A DNA stretch of 64,000 nucleotides from an uncultured Acidobacteriota bacterium (GCA_963770895.1 CAVYRF010000002.1:4960001-5024000), one strand, 5' to 3'. Numbered from the stretch's first letter, positions 8,422 through 18,733 are shown. Numbers and translations are program-made. Notes: generated by a model from the letters alone, not told the origin.

Positions 8422-10200
8422 TCAGGCCAGCGGGGCCAGGGCGGGGGCGGCTGGCGGCAGGTCGCGGGATGCGGCGGGCGGCGGCCTGGGGGTGCCGGCG
8501 GCGCGCATGGCGGTGGGGAGCTGGCGCAGGGGGGCGACGGCGGGGATGTGGCTCATGGCGTGCTCGGCCAGGGCGGTGATGGTGAGGCTGGGGTTGACGC
8601 CCAGGTTGCCGGGGATCATGGAGCCGTCGATGACGTAGAGGTTGTCGTAGCCGAACACGCGGTTCTGGGCGTCCAGGACGCCTTCGGCGGCGGTCGAGGC
8701 CATGGGGGCGCCGCCCAGGATGTGGGCGGTGGTGGGGACGTTGAGCACCACTTCGTTGATCGAGCTGGACGGAAAGGCGTTCATGCGCGCGGCCAGGTGG
8801 CGCGCGGCGTCGTTGGCGACCGGAATGTAGTTGGGGACGGCCGGTTCGCCCGCGGCGCGGCGGCTGGTCAGGTGCTTGGCGAAGGGCCAGGTCCAGCGGC
8901 GCCGCCGCACCAGGCGCAGCGAATTGTCGAGCGACTGCATGACCAGGATGATCGTCGAGCGCCTGGCCCAGCCGACGGGGTTCAGGGTGCGCAGAAAATC
9001 GACGGGGTGGCGCAGGCAGGTGGCGGCCCAGCGCAGGGGGCGGCCCAGGCGGCTGCCGCCGTCGATGAGCAGGGTGGCCAGGAAGCTCATGGCGTCGGAG
9101 CCATCGGGGTAGCGCACCACCTCCATGTAGGTGTCGGGTGCGGGGTGGAAGCCCGAGGCGATGGCGATGCCCTGCGAATAGTCGCGCTGGCCGTCGCGGG
9201 CGGTGACGCCGCACAGCACCTCGCTGTTGGTGCGCACGTAGGTGCCGAGCGCCGGCGACAGGCGCGGCAGCGACCCGGCGTCGCGGCAGCGCAGCAGCAG
9301 GTCGACCGTGCCCAGCGCCCCGGCCGACAGCACCACGCCGCGCGTGCGGATCTGCCGCGGACGCCGCGCCAGCTTCGCGGTCGAGCGGCGGGTGGTGACG
9401 ACGTAGCCGCCGCTGCCGTCTTCGCCCAGGCCGGTCGCCAGGGTTTCGGGGCGCACCTGGGCGCCGAGCTTTTCGGCGAACCACAGGTAGTTCTTGTCCA
9501 GGGTGTTCTTGGCGTGGTGGCGGCAGCCCACCATACAGCCGCCGCAGTAGGTGCAGGTCTTGCGTGGCGGCCCTTCGCCGTCGAAGAAGGGGTCGCCGGC
9601 GTCCGCTCCGGCGCGGTCGCCGAACAGCACGCCCACCTCGGTGGGGCTGAAGGTGTCCTGCTTGCCCAGCGCGGTCGCAAAATCGCGCAGCTGGCGGTCG
9701 CCCTCCCACAGGTGCGGATTGGTGGTGACGCCCAGGATGCGGCGCGCCGTCGCATAGTGCGGCGCGAGCGTGCTCTGCCAATCCACGCCGCGCGGCCAGG
9801 TGCCGCGCTGGAACGCTTCGGCGCCCGGTTCGAGCAGGGTGTTGGCGTAGACCAGCGAGCCGCCGCCCACCCCCGCCCCCGACAGCACCAGCACGTCGCG
9901 CAGCAGCGTCAGGCGCTGGATGCCATAGCAGAACAGGCTGGGCAGCCAGAGAAACTTGCGCAGGTTCCAGTTGGTCTGCGGGAAGTCCTCGGTGCGCCAC
10001 CGCTTGCCCGCTTCCAGGACCAGCACCCGGTACCCTTTTTCGGCCAGCCGCAGCGCCGACACGCTGCCGCCGAACCCGGAGCCGACGACCACGAAGTCGT
10101 ACTCATACGCCGTCGCGCCGCCCAAACTGTCCGCCGATGCCGCCGTCGAGGTCTCCAAAGGCCAGCCGCTCCTTGCCCCAAGCCGCTCCGCACACGGCAC
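8422..10200 (-). CDS. GMC-family oxidoreductase, cholesterol oxidase (ChoD)-like
   Basis: YDFVVVGSGFGGSVSALRLAEKGY, GAGVGGGSLVYAN, CTYCGGCMVGC, TAHILGG, GVNPSLTITALAE. Start uncertain. Confidence 0.9.
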   Translation of the reverse strand: MPCAERLGARSGWPLETSTAASADSLGGATAYEYDFVVVGSGFGGSVSALRLAEKGYRVLVLEAGKRWRTEDFPQTNWNLRKFLWLPSLFCYGIQRLTLLRDVLVLSGAGVGGGSLVYANTLLEPGAEAFQRGTWPRGVDWQSTLAPHYATARRILGVTTNPHLWEGDRQLRDFATALGKQDTFSPTEVGVLFGDRAGADAGDPFFDGEGPPRKTCTYCGGCMVGCRHHAKNTLDKNYLWFAEKLGAQVRPETLATGLGEDGSGGYVVTTRRSTAKLARRPRQIRTRGVVLSAGALGTVDLLLRCRDAGSLPRLSPALGTYVRTNSEVLCGVTARDGQRDYSQGIAIASGFHPAPDTYMEVVRYPDGSDAMSFLATLLIDGGSRLGRPLRWAATCLRHPVDFLRTLNPVGWARRSTIILVMQSLDNSLRLVRRRRWTWPFAKHLTSRRAAGEPAVPNYIPVANDAARHLAARMNAFPSSSINEVVLNVPTTAHILGGAPMASTAAEGVLDAQNRVFGYDNLYVIDGSMIPGNLGVNPSLTITALAEHAMSHIPAVAPLRQLPTAMRAAGTPRPPPAASRDLPPAAPALAPLA

Positions 10201-10416
10201 CTTTGCCGCTCCGAGACGTAGTTTACGTCAAGTTGCGGCAATCGCCGCGCGGGATGTCCCCAGGAGGCCCGTTTTCAGCTAGATAGGGTGGTTGACGGCT
10301 GGCCGCCGAGGGGGGATGGCCTGCTGCGGACGCGCGCCAGATCGCGGCCCGGGGGTGATCGGACCGGATCGCCGGCCTGGTATCTCCCCCGGGCCTGGTG
10401 TGGGGTTGGACCTGTC

Positions 10417-10578
10417 TCAGTTACAGGGTACGTCGCTGCAGCTTGCGACGCAGGTGTGGTTGTTCTTGGAGCAGGTTTCGGATTCGACGTAGCCGCCGGC
10501 GGCCTGGATGAGGGCTCTGGAGGTGAGCGAGCGGACGGTTTCGCGGCTGAGCTTGATGGTGCGGACGTGCTTTTTCAT
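10417..10578 (-). CDS. RiPP (lanthipeptide-like) precursor peptide P1, 53 aa
   Basis: RBS AGGAG; MKKHVRTIKLSRETVRSLTSRALIQAAGG|YVESETCSKNNHTCVASCSDVPCN. Confidence 0.8.
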   Translation of the reverse strand: MKKHVRTIKLSRETVRSLTSRALIQAAGGYVESETCSKNNHTCVASCSDVPCN

Positions 10579-10718
10579 CGCAAGTCTCCTGTGATTGCGG
10601 AGGGCCGGCGCGGCTCCTCCAAAAAGAGCCGTGCCCTTGGAAGCGCCAAGCAGGACGTCCGCGGACGCGGGCGGCATCCCCTGGTAAGATGCCGCGGCGG
10701 CTACGGGCCATCCACGAC

Positions 10719-11558
10719 ATGACGGAAGAGCACAAGACCATGGGCCAGCGGCCGGCGCGGCCGGCGGCGCGCGGCCCTGTCGCCGGCGAGGTTGGGGGCG
10801 GCGAGGGGCGCTGGACGTGGATCGCTTTGGCGCTGACGCCGCTGGTGCCGCTGCTGGCGGCGATCCCGGCGGCGGGGCGGTGGGCGTTGCCGCTGCTGGC
10901 GCCGCTCACGGTGTATCCGGCGTTTGCGGCGCGGGTGCGGCGCGCCGATTACGAGGGGGCGTGGCAGTTCGGCGTGGCCTGGGCGGTGCTGTTGAGCTGC
11001 GGCGTGATCGCTCTGGTCGAGCTGTGGCCGACCGCGGCGGCGGCCGGCGTGCTGCACGGCGAGCCCTACCGCGACGAGATGTTCGGCTGGATCGTGTCCG
11101 GCAGGGCGCCCGAAAACGACTGGCGGCAGTTCCTGCCGATCCACCTGGAGCACCTGGGGATTTTCCTGGTGTTGGCGGCGGTGAGCGGCGGCTACCTGGG
11201 GCTCGTGCTGGGGGCGGCGCTGGTGGATTACATGAGCTACTTTGTCGGCTGCTACGCCGTGGCGAGCCGCCATCCGCTGCTCGGCGCCGTGGCGGCGTGG
11301 GTGCCGTGGTCGGTGCTGCGGGTGTTCGCCTTCGTGCTGCTGGGCGCGCTGGTGTCGCGGCCGGTGCTGGTGCGGCGGTGGTGGCCCGGCGGCCGCCGCG
11401 AAGCGCGCCTGGCCGTCCTGGCGGCGGCGGGATTGGTGGCGGACCTGCTGGTCAAGGCGGCGCTGGCGCCGTCGTACGGGGTGTGGCTGCGGCACTTCGC
11501 GCATGGCGTCCTGATCACCGCCGGGTTATACTCGGGCGCCTTCGGGACCCTGGGATGA
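10719..11558 (+). CDS. Hypothetical integral membrane protein
   Basis: Multiple hydrophobic helices; stop overlaps the ribH start (ATGA). Confidence 0.7.
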   Translation: MTEEHKTMGQRPARPAARGPVAGEVGGGEGRWTWIALALTPLVPLLAAIPAAGRWALPLLAPLTVYPAFAARVRRADYEGAWQFGVAWAVLLSCGVIALVELWPTAAAAGVLHGEPYRDEMFGWIVSGRAPENDWRQFLPIHLEHLGIFLVLAAVSGGYLGLVLGAALVDYMSYFVGCYAVASRHPLLGAVAAWVPWSVLRVFAFVLLGALVSRPVLVRRWWPGGRREARLAVLAAAGLVADLLVKAALAPSYGVWLRHFAHGVLITAGLYSGAFGTLG

Positions 11559-12031
11559 ACGGCATCGAAGAGACGCGAGGAGATCTGGCTGGGGCCGGTC
11601 GCCGCTTCGGCATCGTGGCGGCGCGGTTCAACGACCGCGTGGGCAATGCGCTGGTCGCCGGGGCGGTGGACTGCCTGCGGCGCCACGGCGTCGCGCCGGC
11701 GGACGTGCACCTGGTCACCGTGCCGGGCGCCTGGGAGGTGCCGCAGGCGGTGTCGGCGCTGGCGGCGCGCGGCAAGTTCGACGCTTTGATCGCGCTGGGC
11801 GTGGTGATCCGTGGCGAGACGCCGCATTTTGACTATCTGTCGCGGGAGTGCACCGCCGGGATTGCGCGCGCCGGCGAGCGGCACGGTCTGCCGGTCGCCT
11901 ACGGGGTGCTCACCTGCGACACCTCGCAGCAGGCGGAGGAACGCGCCGGAGGCAAGGCAGGCAACAAGGGGTGGGAGGCGGCCCTGGCGGCGCTTGAAAT
12001 GGCCGACCTTTTCGCCCGCCTGCGTGGCTGA
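11555..12031 (+). CDS. ribH: 6,7-dimethyl-8-ribityllumazine synthase
   Basis: FGIVAARFND, VPGAWEVP, ALGVVIRGETPHFDY, RAGGKAGNKGWEAALAALEM; upstream of nusB. Confidence 0.95.
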   Translation: MNGIEETRGDLAGAGRRFGIVAARFNDRVGNALVAGAVDCLRRHGVAPADVHLVTVPGAWEVPQAVSALAARGKFDALIALGVVIRGETPHFDYLSRECTAGIARAGERHGLPVAYGVLTCDTSQQAEERAGGKAGNKGWEAALAALEMADLFARLRG

Positions 12032-12188
12032 CTGCAACGGCATGTCTTGGCTCTGAGCGGCGCACAAATCCCTGGCCACCCGCAGGTTGTGAATTCAGCT
12101 GCCGGCTGCCCTGGCGAGCATGCGGCGGCGGGCGCCGTGGCGCCCGCGGCCAGCCCATATCCCGAATCTTGAGGCGCAAGCGACGACG

Positions 12189-12905
12189 ATGACCGCAGGC
12201 AAGCGGCGAACCGCGCGGGAGATGGCTGTCCAGATGCTCTACCAGAGCGATCTGGGCGGCAGCGCGCTGCCCCACATCTTCAACACCTTCGACCTCACCG
12301 AGTACATGGCGCGTTCGGCGGCTGGATCGCCGGCGGCCAAGGCCAAGGATGCCGCCGCCGCCGTGGCGGCGTTCACCGCCGCGCAGGACGGTGGGGGCAA
12401 GCCGCCGGCAGGCGGGCGGCGCGCTCCCGCCGCCGGCGATTTCACGCCGCTCGACCTGCAGGCCGCGGTGAGCGCCCTGGCGGCTCTCCATCCGGCTGAG
12501 ATCGCCGACCTGGAGGTTGAGCCCGCCCCTGCGCCGGCAGCCGCCGGCGCGCCCACGGCGGAAGCCCGCGCCGATCTGGCCAGGCAGCGGCGGCGCGTCG
12601 AAGACGCCTTTGTGTATGCGCAGACCCTGGTGCGCGGCACGGTCGATCACCGCGAGGAGATCGACGCCATGATCCGCGGCCAGGCCGACAACTGGCGGCT
12701 GGAGCGCATGCCGGCGGTCGATCGCAACATCCTGCGGCTCGCCATCTACGAGATGCTGTATGAAAGCGAGACCCCCAAGCTGGTCGTCGTGGACGAGGCG
12801 ATCGAGCTGGCCAAGAAGTTCGGCTCCGAACAGTCCGGCCGCTTTGTCAACGGCCTGCTCGACGGTCTGCTCAAGCAGCGCAGCTTCCCCGGCACCCTCA
12901 CCTGA
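12189..12905 (+). CDS. nusB: Transcription antitermination factor NusB with a large internal insertion
   Basis: [14 protein letters not shown]...[20 protein letters not shown]...[26 protein letters not shown]. Confidence 0.93.
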   Translation: MTAGKRRTAREMAVQMLYQSDLGGSALPHIFNTFDLTEYMARSAAGSPAAKAKDAAAAVAAFTAAQDGGGKPPAGGRRAPAAGDFTPLDLQAAVSALAALHPAEIADLEVEPAPAPAAAGAPTAEARADLARQRRRVEDAFVYAQTLVRGTVDHREEIDAMIRGQADNWRLERMPAVDRNILRLAIYEMLYESETPKLVVVDEAIELAKKFGSEQSGRFVNGLLDGLLKQRSFPGTLT

Positions 12906-13070
12906 CGGGCCGCTCCCGCCGGCGGCGGACGGCGGCACCGGGCGGACCGTGGCGTCGGTTGGCGGCGCCACCCAGGGCATAGTCGCGCCGCGCCGGATGT
13001 TTCGGGGATAATCCAGGCCGCGCCGCGGCAGACCGGCGGCGCCCCCTGACCAGCAGAGAGCGAGGCGGTA

Positions 13071-15593
13071 ATGAGTGCGTACGACCCCAAGGCGATCGAG
13101 GCCAAATGGCAGGACCGGTGGGAAAAGCAGCGGGTGGCCGAGGTCGATCTGCGCCATTCCCAGGGCAAGTACTACATGCTCATGATGTTCCCCTATCCGT
13201 CGGGAGACCGCCTGCACGTCGGCCACGGCCGCAACTACATCCTGGGCGACGCCCTGTTCCGCTACCTGCGCATGCACGGCAAGCGGGCGCTCAACCCGAT
13301 GGGCTGGGACGCGTTCGGCCTGCCGGCGGAGAACGCCGCCATCCAGCGCGGCGTCCACCCGCGCGACTGGACGTTCGGCAACATCAAGGTGATGAAGGAG
13401 CAGTTCAAGCGCTGGGGCATCCTGTTCGACTGGAGCAAGGAGATCGCCTCCTGCACGCCCGAGTATTACCGCTGGAACCAGTGGCTGTTCCTGCGCATGC
13501 TGGAGCGCGGCCTGGCCTATCGCAAGCAGGCGCCGGTCAACTGGTGCCCCAGCTGCAGCACGGTGCTCGCCAACGAGCAGGTGGTGGAGGGCGCCTGCGA
13601 GCGCTGCGGCACGCCGGTCGAGCAGCGCGACCTGGAGCAGTGGTTTTTCCGCATCACCGACTACGCCGATCGCCTGCTGGCCGGCCTGGACGGCCTGGAG
13701 GGCTGGCCCGAAAAGGTCAAGGTGATGCAGCGCAACTGGATCGGCCGCTCGCAGGGGGCGGAGATCGAATTTGCCATCCCGGCGCTGGGCGAGCGCGTGG
13801 CGGTGTTCACCACCCGTCCCGACACCTTGCACGGCGCCACCTTTCTGGTGTTGGCGCCGGAGCACCCGCTGGCCGCCCGCCTGCTGGCGAACGACCCGCG
13901 GCGCGACGAGATCGCCGCCTGGATCGCCCGCATCCGCAAGACCCCGCGCATGGAGCGGGAAGGGGAGGGGACCGCCAAGGAGGGGCGCGACACCGGCGTG
14001 ACCGCCGTCAACCCGGCGACCGGTGAGCCGATCCCGATCTGGCTCGCCAACTACGTGCTGCCCGACTACGGCAGCGGCGCCATCATGGCGGTGCCGGCGC
14101 ACGACGCCCGCGACCTGGCGTTCGCCCGCCAGGAAAAGCTGCCGGTGCGCCTGGTCTACCACCTGGAGGACGGCCCCAAGGCCGCCGGCGGTCAGGACGC
14201 GGGAGCGGACGTAGGCGCCGATGGCGGTGACGGCGACGAGCTGACCGAGCCGATCCTGCACCAGGGAGTGATCCGCAACGCGCCGCCGCTCGACGGTCTG
14301 CGCGACGGCCCGGAGGCGATCGCGCGCGCCATCGCCTGGATCGAAGAGCGCGGCTGCGGTCGCGGCAAGGTGGCCTACCGGCTGCGCGACTGGCTGATCT
14401 CGCGCCAGCGCTACTGGGGGACGCCGATCCCGGTGCTGTACTGCGACCGCTGCGGCGTCGTGCCGGTGCCGGACGACCAGCTGCCGGTCGAGCTGCCGTA
14501 CGACGTGGAGTTCACCGGCCGCGAGGGCAACCCGCTGTCGCACGTCGCGGCGTTCGTCAACGCCACCTGCCCCAAGTGCGGCGGCGCGGCGCGGCGGGAA
14601 ACCGACACCATGGACACGTTTGTCGACAGCTCCTGGTACTACCTGCGGTTCCTGGCGGCGCGCGACAGCACGCGGATGTTCGACAGCGCCGTCGCCAATC
14701 GCTGGACGCCGATCGATCAGTACATCGGCGGCATCGAGCACGCCATCCTGCACCTGCTGTACGCACGGTTCATCTGTCGCGTGCTGCACGACTTCGGCAT
14801 GGTCGATTGCGAGGAGCCGTTTGCCAACCTGTTCAACCAGGGCATGATCACGCGCTACTCGGAGGCGTCGGGGCGCATCGAAAAGATGTCCAAGTCGCGC
14901 GGCAACACGGTGTCGCCCGACGACCTGATCGATCAGATGGGCGCCGACACCGAGCGCGTCTACACGCTGTTCATCGGTCCTCCCGAAAAGGAGGCGGAGT
15001 GGAGCGACGAGGCGGTCAGCGGCGCCTACCGCTTCCTGGGGCGCGTCTGGCGCATGGGCGAGCGGCTGGCCGACGCGCCCGCCATCGCGCCGGCCGATAT
15101 CGACCTGGAGCGCGAGCGGCACGCCACCATCCAGCGCGTCACCCACAGCATGTCGACGTTCCATTTCAACACCGCGGTGGCGGCGCTGATGGAGCTCAGC
15201 AATGCCCTGACGCGGGCGCTCGAAGAGAAGACCGCCTCGCGGCTGTGCTGCGAAGCGGCCTTCGACACGCTGCTGCAGCTGCTGCACCCGATGGCGCCGC
15301 ACATCACCGAGGAGCTGTGGGAGCGGCGCGGGTACGTCGAGCTGCTGCTCGAAACCTCGTGGCCGGAGTACGATGAGGCGATGCTGCGGCGCGACCGCAT
15401 CCACCTGGTGGTGCAGATCGACGGCAAGCTGCGCGACCGGGTGGAAGTGGACGCCAGCGCCAGCGAGCGCGAGGTGCGCCTCGCCGCCCTGGCGAGCGCC
15501 AAGGTCCAGGAGCACCTGGCGGGCCGCGAGGTCGCCAAGGCGGTGGTGGTGCCTGGCCGGTTGGTCAACCTGGTTACCCGGAGGTCCGCATGA
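13071..15593 (+). CDS. leuS: Leucine--tRNA ligase
   Basis: MFPYPSG..LHVGH, GWDAFGLPAENAA, RDWLISRQRYWGTPIP, KMSKS. Confidence 0.98.
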   Translation: MSAYDPKAIEAKWQDRWEKQRVAEVDLRHSQGKYYMLMMFPYPSGDRLHVGHGRNYILGDALFRYLRMHGKRALNPMGWDAFGLPAENAAIQRGVHPRDWTFGNIKVMKEQFKRWGILFDWSKEIASCTPEYYRWNQWLFLRMLERGLAYRKQAPVNWCPSCSTVLANEQVVEGACERCGTPVEQRDLEQWFFRITDYADRLLAGLDGLEGWPEKVKVMQRNWIGRSQGAEIEFAIPALGERVAVFTTRPDTLHGATFLVLAPEHPLAARLLANDPRRDEIAAWIARIRKTPRMEREGEGTAKEGRDTGVTAVNPATGEPIPIWLANYVLPDYGSGAIMAVPAHDARDLAFARQEKLPVRLVYHLEDGPKAAGGQDAGADVGADGGDGDELTEPILHQGVIRNAPPLDGLRDGPEAIARAIAWIEERGCGRGKVAYRLRDWLISRQRYWGTPIPVLYCDRCGVVPVPDDQLPVELPYDVEFTGREGNPLSHVAAFVNATCPKCGGAARRETDTMDTFVDSSWYYLRFLAARDSTRMFDSAVANRWTPIDQYIGGIEHAILHLLYARFICRVLHDFGMVDCEEPFANLFNQGMITRYSEASGRIEKMSKSRGNTVSPDDLIDQMGADTERVYTLFIGPPEKEAEWSDEAVSGAYRFLGRVWRMGERLADAPAIAPADIDLERERHATIQRVTHSMSTFHFNTAVAALMELSNALTRALEEKTASRLCCEAAFDTLLQLLHPMAPHITEELWERRGYVELLLETSWPEYDEAMLRRDRIHLVVQIDGKLRDRVEVDASASEREVRLAALASAKVQEHLAGREVAKAVVVPGRLVNLVTRRSA

Positions 15594-16114
15594 AACCTGG
15601 ACACCACGCCCTGGCGGCGTTGCTGCTGGTCGTCGCCGGCCTCTGCGCCGGCTGCGGCTATGCGCTGGTCGGACGCAGCAACACGCTGCCGGCCGACATC
15701 AAGAAGGTCTACATCAAGCCGCTGGAAAACAAGACCGGCCACCAGCGCGTCGACCAGGTCGTCACGCTGGCGATCGGCGACGAGATGGTCAAGCGCCATC
15801 TGTTTTCACTGACCGCCTCGCGCGACGCCGCGGATGCCGAGCTGTCGGGCGCCGTCGTCGGGTTTGGCGCCACGCCCGTCACCTTCGACTCCAGCGGCCG
15901 CGCCACTGCCTACGAGCTGTCGCTGACCGCCTCCATGGTCTTCCGGCGGGTGGATGACGACAAGATCCTGTGGCAGAACGCCAACTACAACTTCCGCCAA
16001 AACTTCCCCCTGGCGGTGTCCAACGCCTACGTCGACCTGGAAAACAGCGCCATCGACCAGGTCGCCAAGGCCTTCGCCCAGACCATGGTGAGCGACCTGG
16101 CGGAAGGGTTCTAG
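15590..16114 (+). CDS. lptE: LPS assembly lipoprotein LptE family
   Basis: Lipobox CAGCGY; overlaps the leuS stop; conserved leuS-lptE order. Confidence 0.85.
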   Translation: MKPGHHALAALLLVVAGLCAGCGYALVGRSNTLPADIKKVYIKPLENKTGHQRVDQVVTLAIGDEMVKRHLFSLTASRDAADAELSGAVVGFGATPVTFDSSGRATAYELSLTASMVFRRVDDDKILWQNANYNFRQNFPLAVSNAYVDLENSAIDQVAKAFAQTMVSDLAEGF

Positions 16115-16224
16115 GACCCGGACACCAGCTCAGCATGCCGGCGCGAGCGAATTCGCGCGCGCCTCAGGCGGGCGGCGAAATCGCCGCCCGCCATCCGGGC
16201 CAGCCAGCGCCGCGGGGCTCCCCC

Positions 16225-16650
16225 TCAGCAGGTCGTGTCTCTGCAGCCGTAGGTCGCGTACCCCTGTACCTGGTAGGCGCCCGACACCAGGTGGCAGGAG
16301 GTCGTGATGGTCTCGACCAGACCGCATTCGCCGAAGGCGACCTTCAGGCAGGCGGCTTGGGCGATCTGGGTGAGCTGCGACGTCAGGCTGCTGGTGGCGG
16401 CGCTGCAGGTGGAGCCGGAGCCCTGCTCGGTGGGGGTGGTGCCCCCCTCCCATTGCCAGCAGACCGGGCCGCAGAGCGGCTTGGCGACGGGCGGCAGAAG
16501 GCTGGGCGCCGCGTCCCCGGCCGGGGCCGGCGTCGAGGCGGAAGAGCAGTTGGACAGGAACATCGGCGGAACAGTCTGCGCGGTGGCGCCGCACGCGAGG
16601 AGCACCATTCCAGCCAAAGCCGCCGCCACGGTGATGCGGATCGTCATCAT
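16225..16650 (-). CDS. Secreted Cys-rich small protein (signal, pro-region, 8-Cys domain)
   Basis: RBS AAGGAG; hydrophobic N-terminus; Pro/Ala linker ending PPVAKPL; 8 Cys from CGPVC to GCRDTTC. Confidence 0.8.
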   Translation of the reverse strand: MMTIRITVAAALAGMVLLACGATAQTVPPMFLSNCSSASTPAPAGDAAPSLLPPVAKPLCGPVCWQWEGGTTPTEQGSGSTCSAATSSLTSQLTQIAQAACLKVAFGECGLVETITTSCHLVSGAYQVQGYATYGCRDTTC

Positions 16651-16669
16651 CGAAACAACTCCTTTCTTC

Positions 16670-16695
16670 TTGACCTGACCGATTGACCTGACCGA
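16670..16695. repeat. Tandem 13-bp direct repeat TTGACCTGACCGA x2
   Basis: Exact duplication in the divergent intergenic region, just upstream of the RBS of the 16650 gene. Confidence 0.7.
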
Positions 16696-16927
16696 TAGTC
16701 GACATCAGTTCAGCATCGCTGTCAATGCGGCGCCAGCGCTCGGTCTTGATCATCGATTCCCCGTCCGCCTTGGCGCCTCCACGCCGCGTGCGACGTGACC
16801 GAGCCGGCGGCGCCGGAAAGGTCGATGGGTATCGCACGTTGATTCGCAAAAGTTTATTATCTTCGTTGCGGCGGGGCGTGCTTCGGCCGCGTTCCGAATC
16901 TGCTCTCAAATCTATGAAGGAGGAGCA

Positions 16928-17293
16928 ATGACTCTGCGATCCACCGCGTTGGTCCTGACTGCACTGCTGCTGCCGGCCGCCGCCGTTGCTGCAACGGTGC
17001 CCGCCGCCTCGATCCCCGTGGTTGCCCCGATCGCGACTGCGGTGGGCGAGCCGGCAGCCTGCCAGGCAAGTCGCGCCACCTTCGGCGTGGCCCAACTGGC
17101 GCCAGCTCCCACGCCCCTTGGCACACCGATGTGCGGGGAGTGCAGCACGAGCCCTTGCCAGGGCGCGGCGCAGGGCGCGCTTTGCGGCGAAAGCGGTGGT
17201 CAGTACGGCTACTGCCAGAGCCCGCTGGGCGACACCTGCAGCACGCATCCCTTGCAGTGGCAATGTCAGTGCTGGTATGGGCCGCTGCCGTAG
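16928..17293 (+). CDS. Secreted Cys-rich small protein (signal, pro-region, 8-Cys domain)
   Basis: RBS AAGGAGGAG; signal MTLRSTALVLTALLLPAAAVA; linker ending APAPTPL; 8 Cys from CGEC to CQC. Confidence 0.82.
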   Translation: MTLRSTALVLTALLLPAAAVAATVPAASIPVVAPIATAVGEPAACQASRATFGVAQLAPAPTPLGTPMCGECSTSPCQGAAQGALCGESGGQYGYCQSPLGDTCSTHPLQWQCQCWYGPLP

Positions 17294-17324
17294 CAGCTGC
17301 GGCCCCTGCCTTACAACTGGTGGT

Positions 17325-17591
17325 TCAGGACTGGAGACCGGCGACTTGCGCGGCGAGGCGGGACTTGTAGCGGGAGGCGGTGTTGGCGTGAATGACCTTT
17401 TTTTGCGCCGTCGCGTCGATGATGCTGAGCGTGGCCGGCAGCAGTTCAGCCGCTTTGCTGGCGTCGCCGCCGGCTACGGCGGTGCGCAGGCGCTTGACGG
17501 CGGTGCGCAGGCGCGAGCGGTGAGCGCGGTTGCGCTCGTTGGCGGCGGTAGATTGGCGGTTGCGCTTTTCGGCCGACTTGGTGTTTGCCAC
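17325..17591 (-). CDS. rpsT: 30S ribosomal protein S20
   Basis: ANTKSAEKRNRQS...RNRAHRSRLRTAVK...KVIHANTASRYKSRL. Confidence 0.97.
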   Translation of the reverse strand: MANTKSAEKRNRQSTAANERNRAHRSRLRTAVKRLRTAVAGGDASKAAELLPATLSIIDATAQKKVIHANTASRYKSRLAAQVAGLQS

Positions 17592-17749
17592 AGGATGCTC
17601 TCCACAAAGAAAAGTCGCACCGAAGTGCGACCGGAGCGAGTTTATATCACCCTGCTCCCGCGGCAGTCAAGAACCTGACCGGCCGCTAGCCCGGTCCGTT
17701 CCCGTCACGGTCCGCCAGCGGGTCGAGGTGCGCTGGTTTCCGGGGAGCG

Positions 17750-18733
17750 CTAGCGGCCGTCGATGCCGATTTCGCGCAGGCGTTGGCGCGCCAGGTTGGC
17801 TTCGTCGCTGGTGGGGAACTGGCGCAGGACGTGCTGGAGCTGCACCACTCCCTGGGAGCGTTCGCCCAGCTCCAGGTGGGCATAGCCCTTCTTGAGCAGG
17901 GCGCTGGCGGTCTTGTCGCTGCGCGGGTAGCGATTGAGCACCGCGTCGTACTGTTCGATCGCCTGCCGGAAGCGCTTCTGGCGGTAGTGACACTCGCCGA
18001 TCCAATAGGTTGCGTTGGCCGCCAGGGCGGTGCTGGGGAAGCTCTCCAGGTACTGCTGGAAGCCGCGGATGGCGAGGTCGTAACTCCCCTTGAGGTAATC
18101 GTTGTAGGCCGCGGTGTAGAGCACCTGCGGCTCGTTGCTGCCGCCGAAGGCGTTGGACGACGGGCCGCTGCCGCCGGGGTTGGCCGGCACCTGGGCGGCG
18201 GCCGGCGGACTGCCCGCGCCGTCGGGTGCGGGCGCCGGACCCACGCCGGGCGGGGCCAGGGGGGCGGCGGCCGGCGGCGCCGTCACCGCGCCGCGGAAGT
18301 TTTTCAGGTCCTGGTTGGTGGCGGCGATCTGCTGCGACAGCTGGGCGAGGCGGTAGTTGGTGTCTTCCAGCTTGGCCTGCAACGCCTCGATCTGCCCCGA
18401 CAGATCCTGGAGCTTGACCTGCATGTCCGCCTCGGTCTTGAGCAGCGAATCCATCTGCTTGCCGACCGAGGCTTCCATGCTGGCGACCTCCTGCTTGCTG
18501 GAGGTTTCCTTCTGCATCTGCAACATCTGGCGTTGGACGTCGGCGAGCTGCGAGCGCAACCCGTCGATGTCCGACGAGCTGACGCAAGCGGTGGTGGCGG
18601 CAAGCGCCATCCCGGCCAGGACCATCCACGCCGGGCGTGCCGGGTTGGATGGACGTGTCGAGCGGCCTGGATGCGCCGGCCGCGCTCGCAGCCGGCTCAT
18701 GGGGAGCAAGCCTGTCCGCGGCCGCATGGTCAT
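17750..18733 (-). CDS. cpoB: Tol-Pal coordinator CpoB/YbgF
   Basis: Coiled coil followed by TPRs (LYTAAYNDY, ANATYWIGECHY, ALLKKGY); immediately after pal. Confidence 0.92.
   Translation of the reverse strand: MTMRPRTGLLPMSRLRARPAHPGRSTRPSNPARPAWMVLAGMALAATTACVSSSDIDGLRSQLADVQRQMLQMQKETSSKQEVASMEASVGKQMDSLLKTEADMQVKLQDLSGQIEALQAKLEDTNYRLAQLSQQIAATNQDLKNFRGAVTAPPAAAPLAPPGVGPAPAPDGAGSPPAAAQVPANPGGSGPSSNAFGGSNEPQVLYTAAYNDYLKGSYDLAIRGFQQYLESFPSTALAANATYWIGECHYRQKRFRQAIEQYDAVLNRYPRSDKTASALLKKGYAHLELGERSQGVVQLQHVLRQFPTSDEANLARQRLREIGIDGR

Noticed and set aside
8422-10200. GMC oxidoreductase as a tailoring enzyme for the adjacent precursor P1
   Set aside because: Ordinary ChoD-like sequence; the other three precursors have unrelated neighbours, so adjacency is not evidence.
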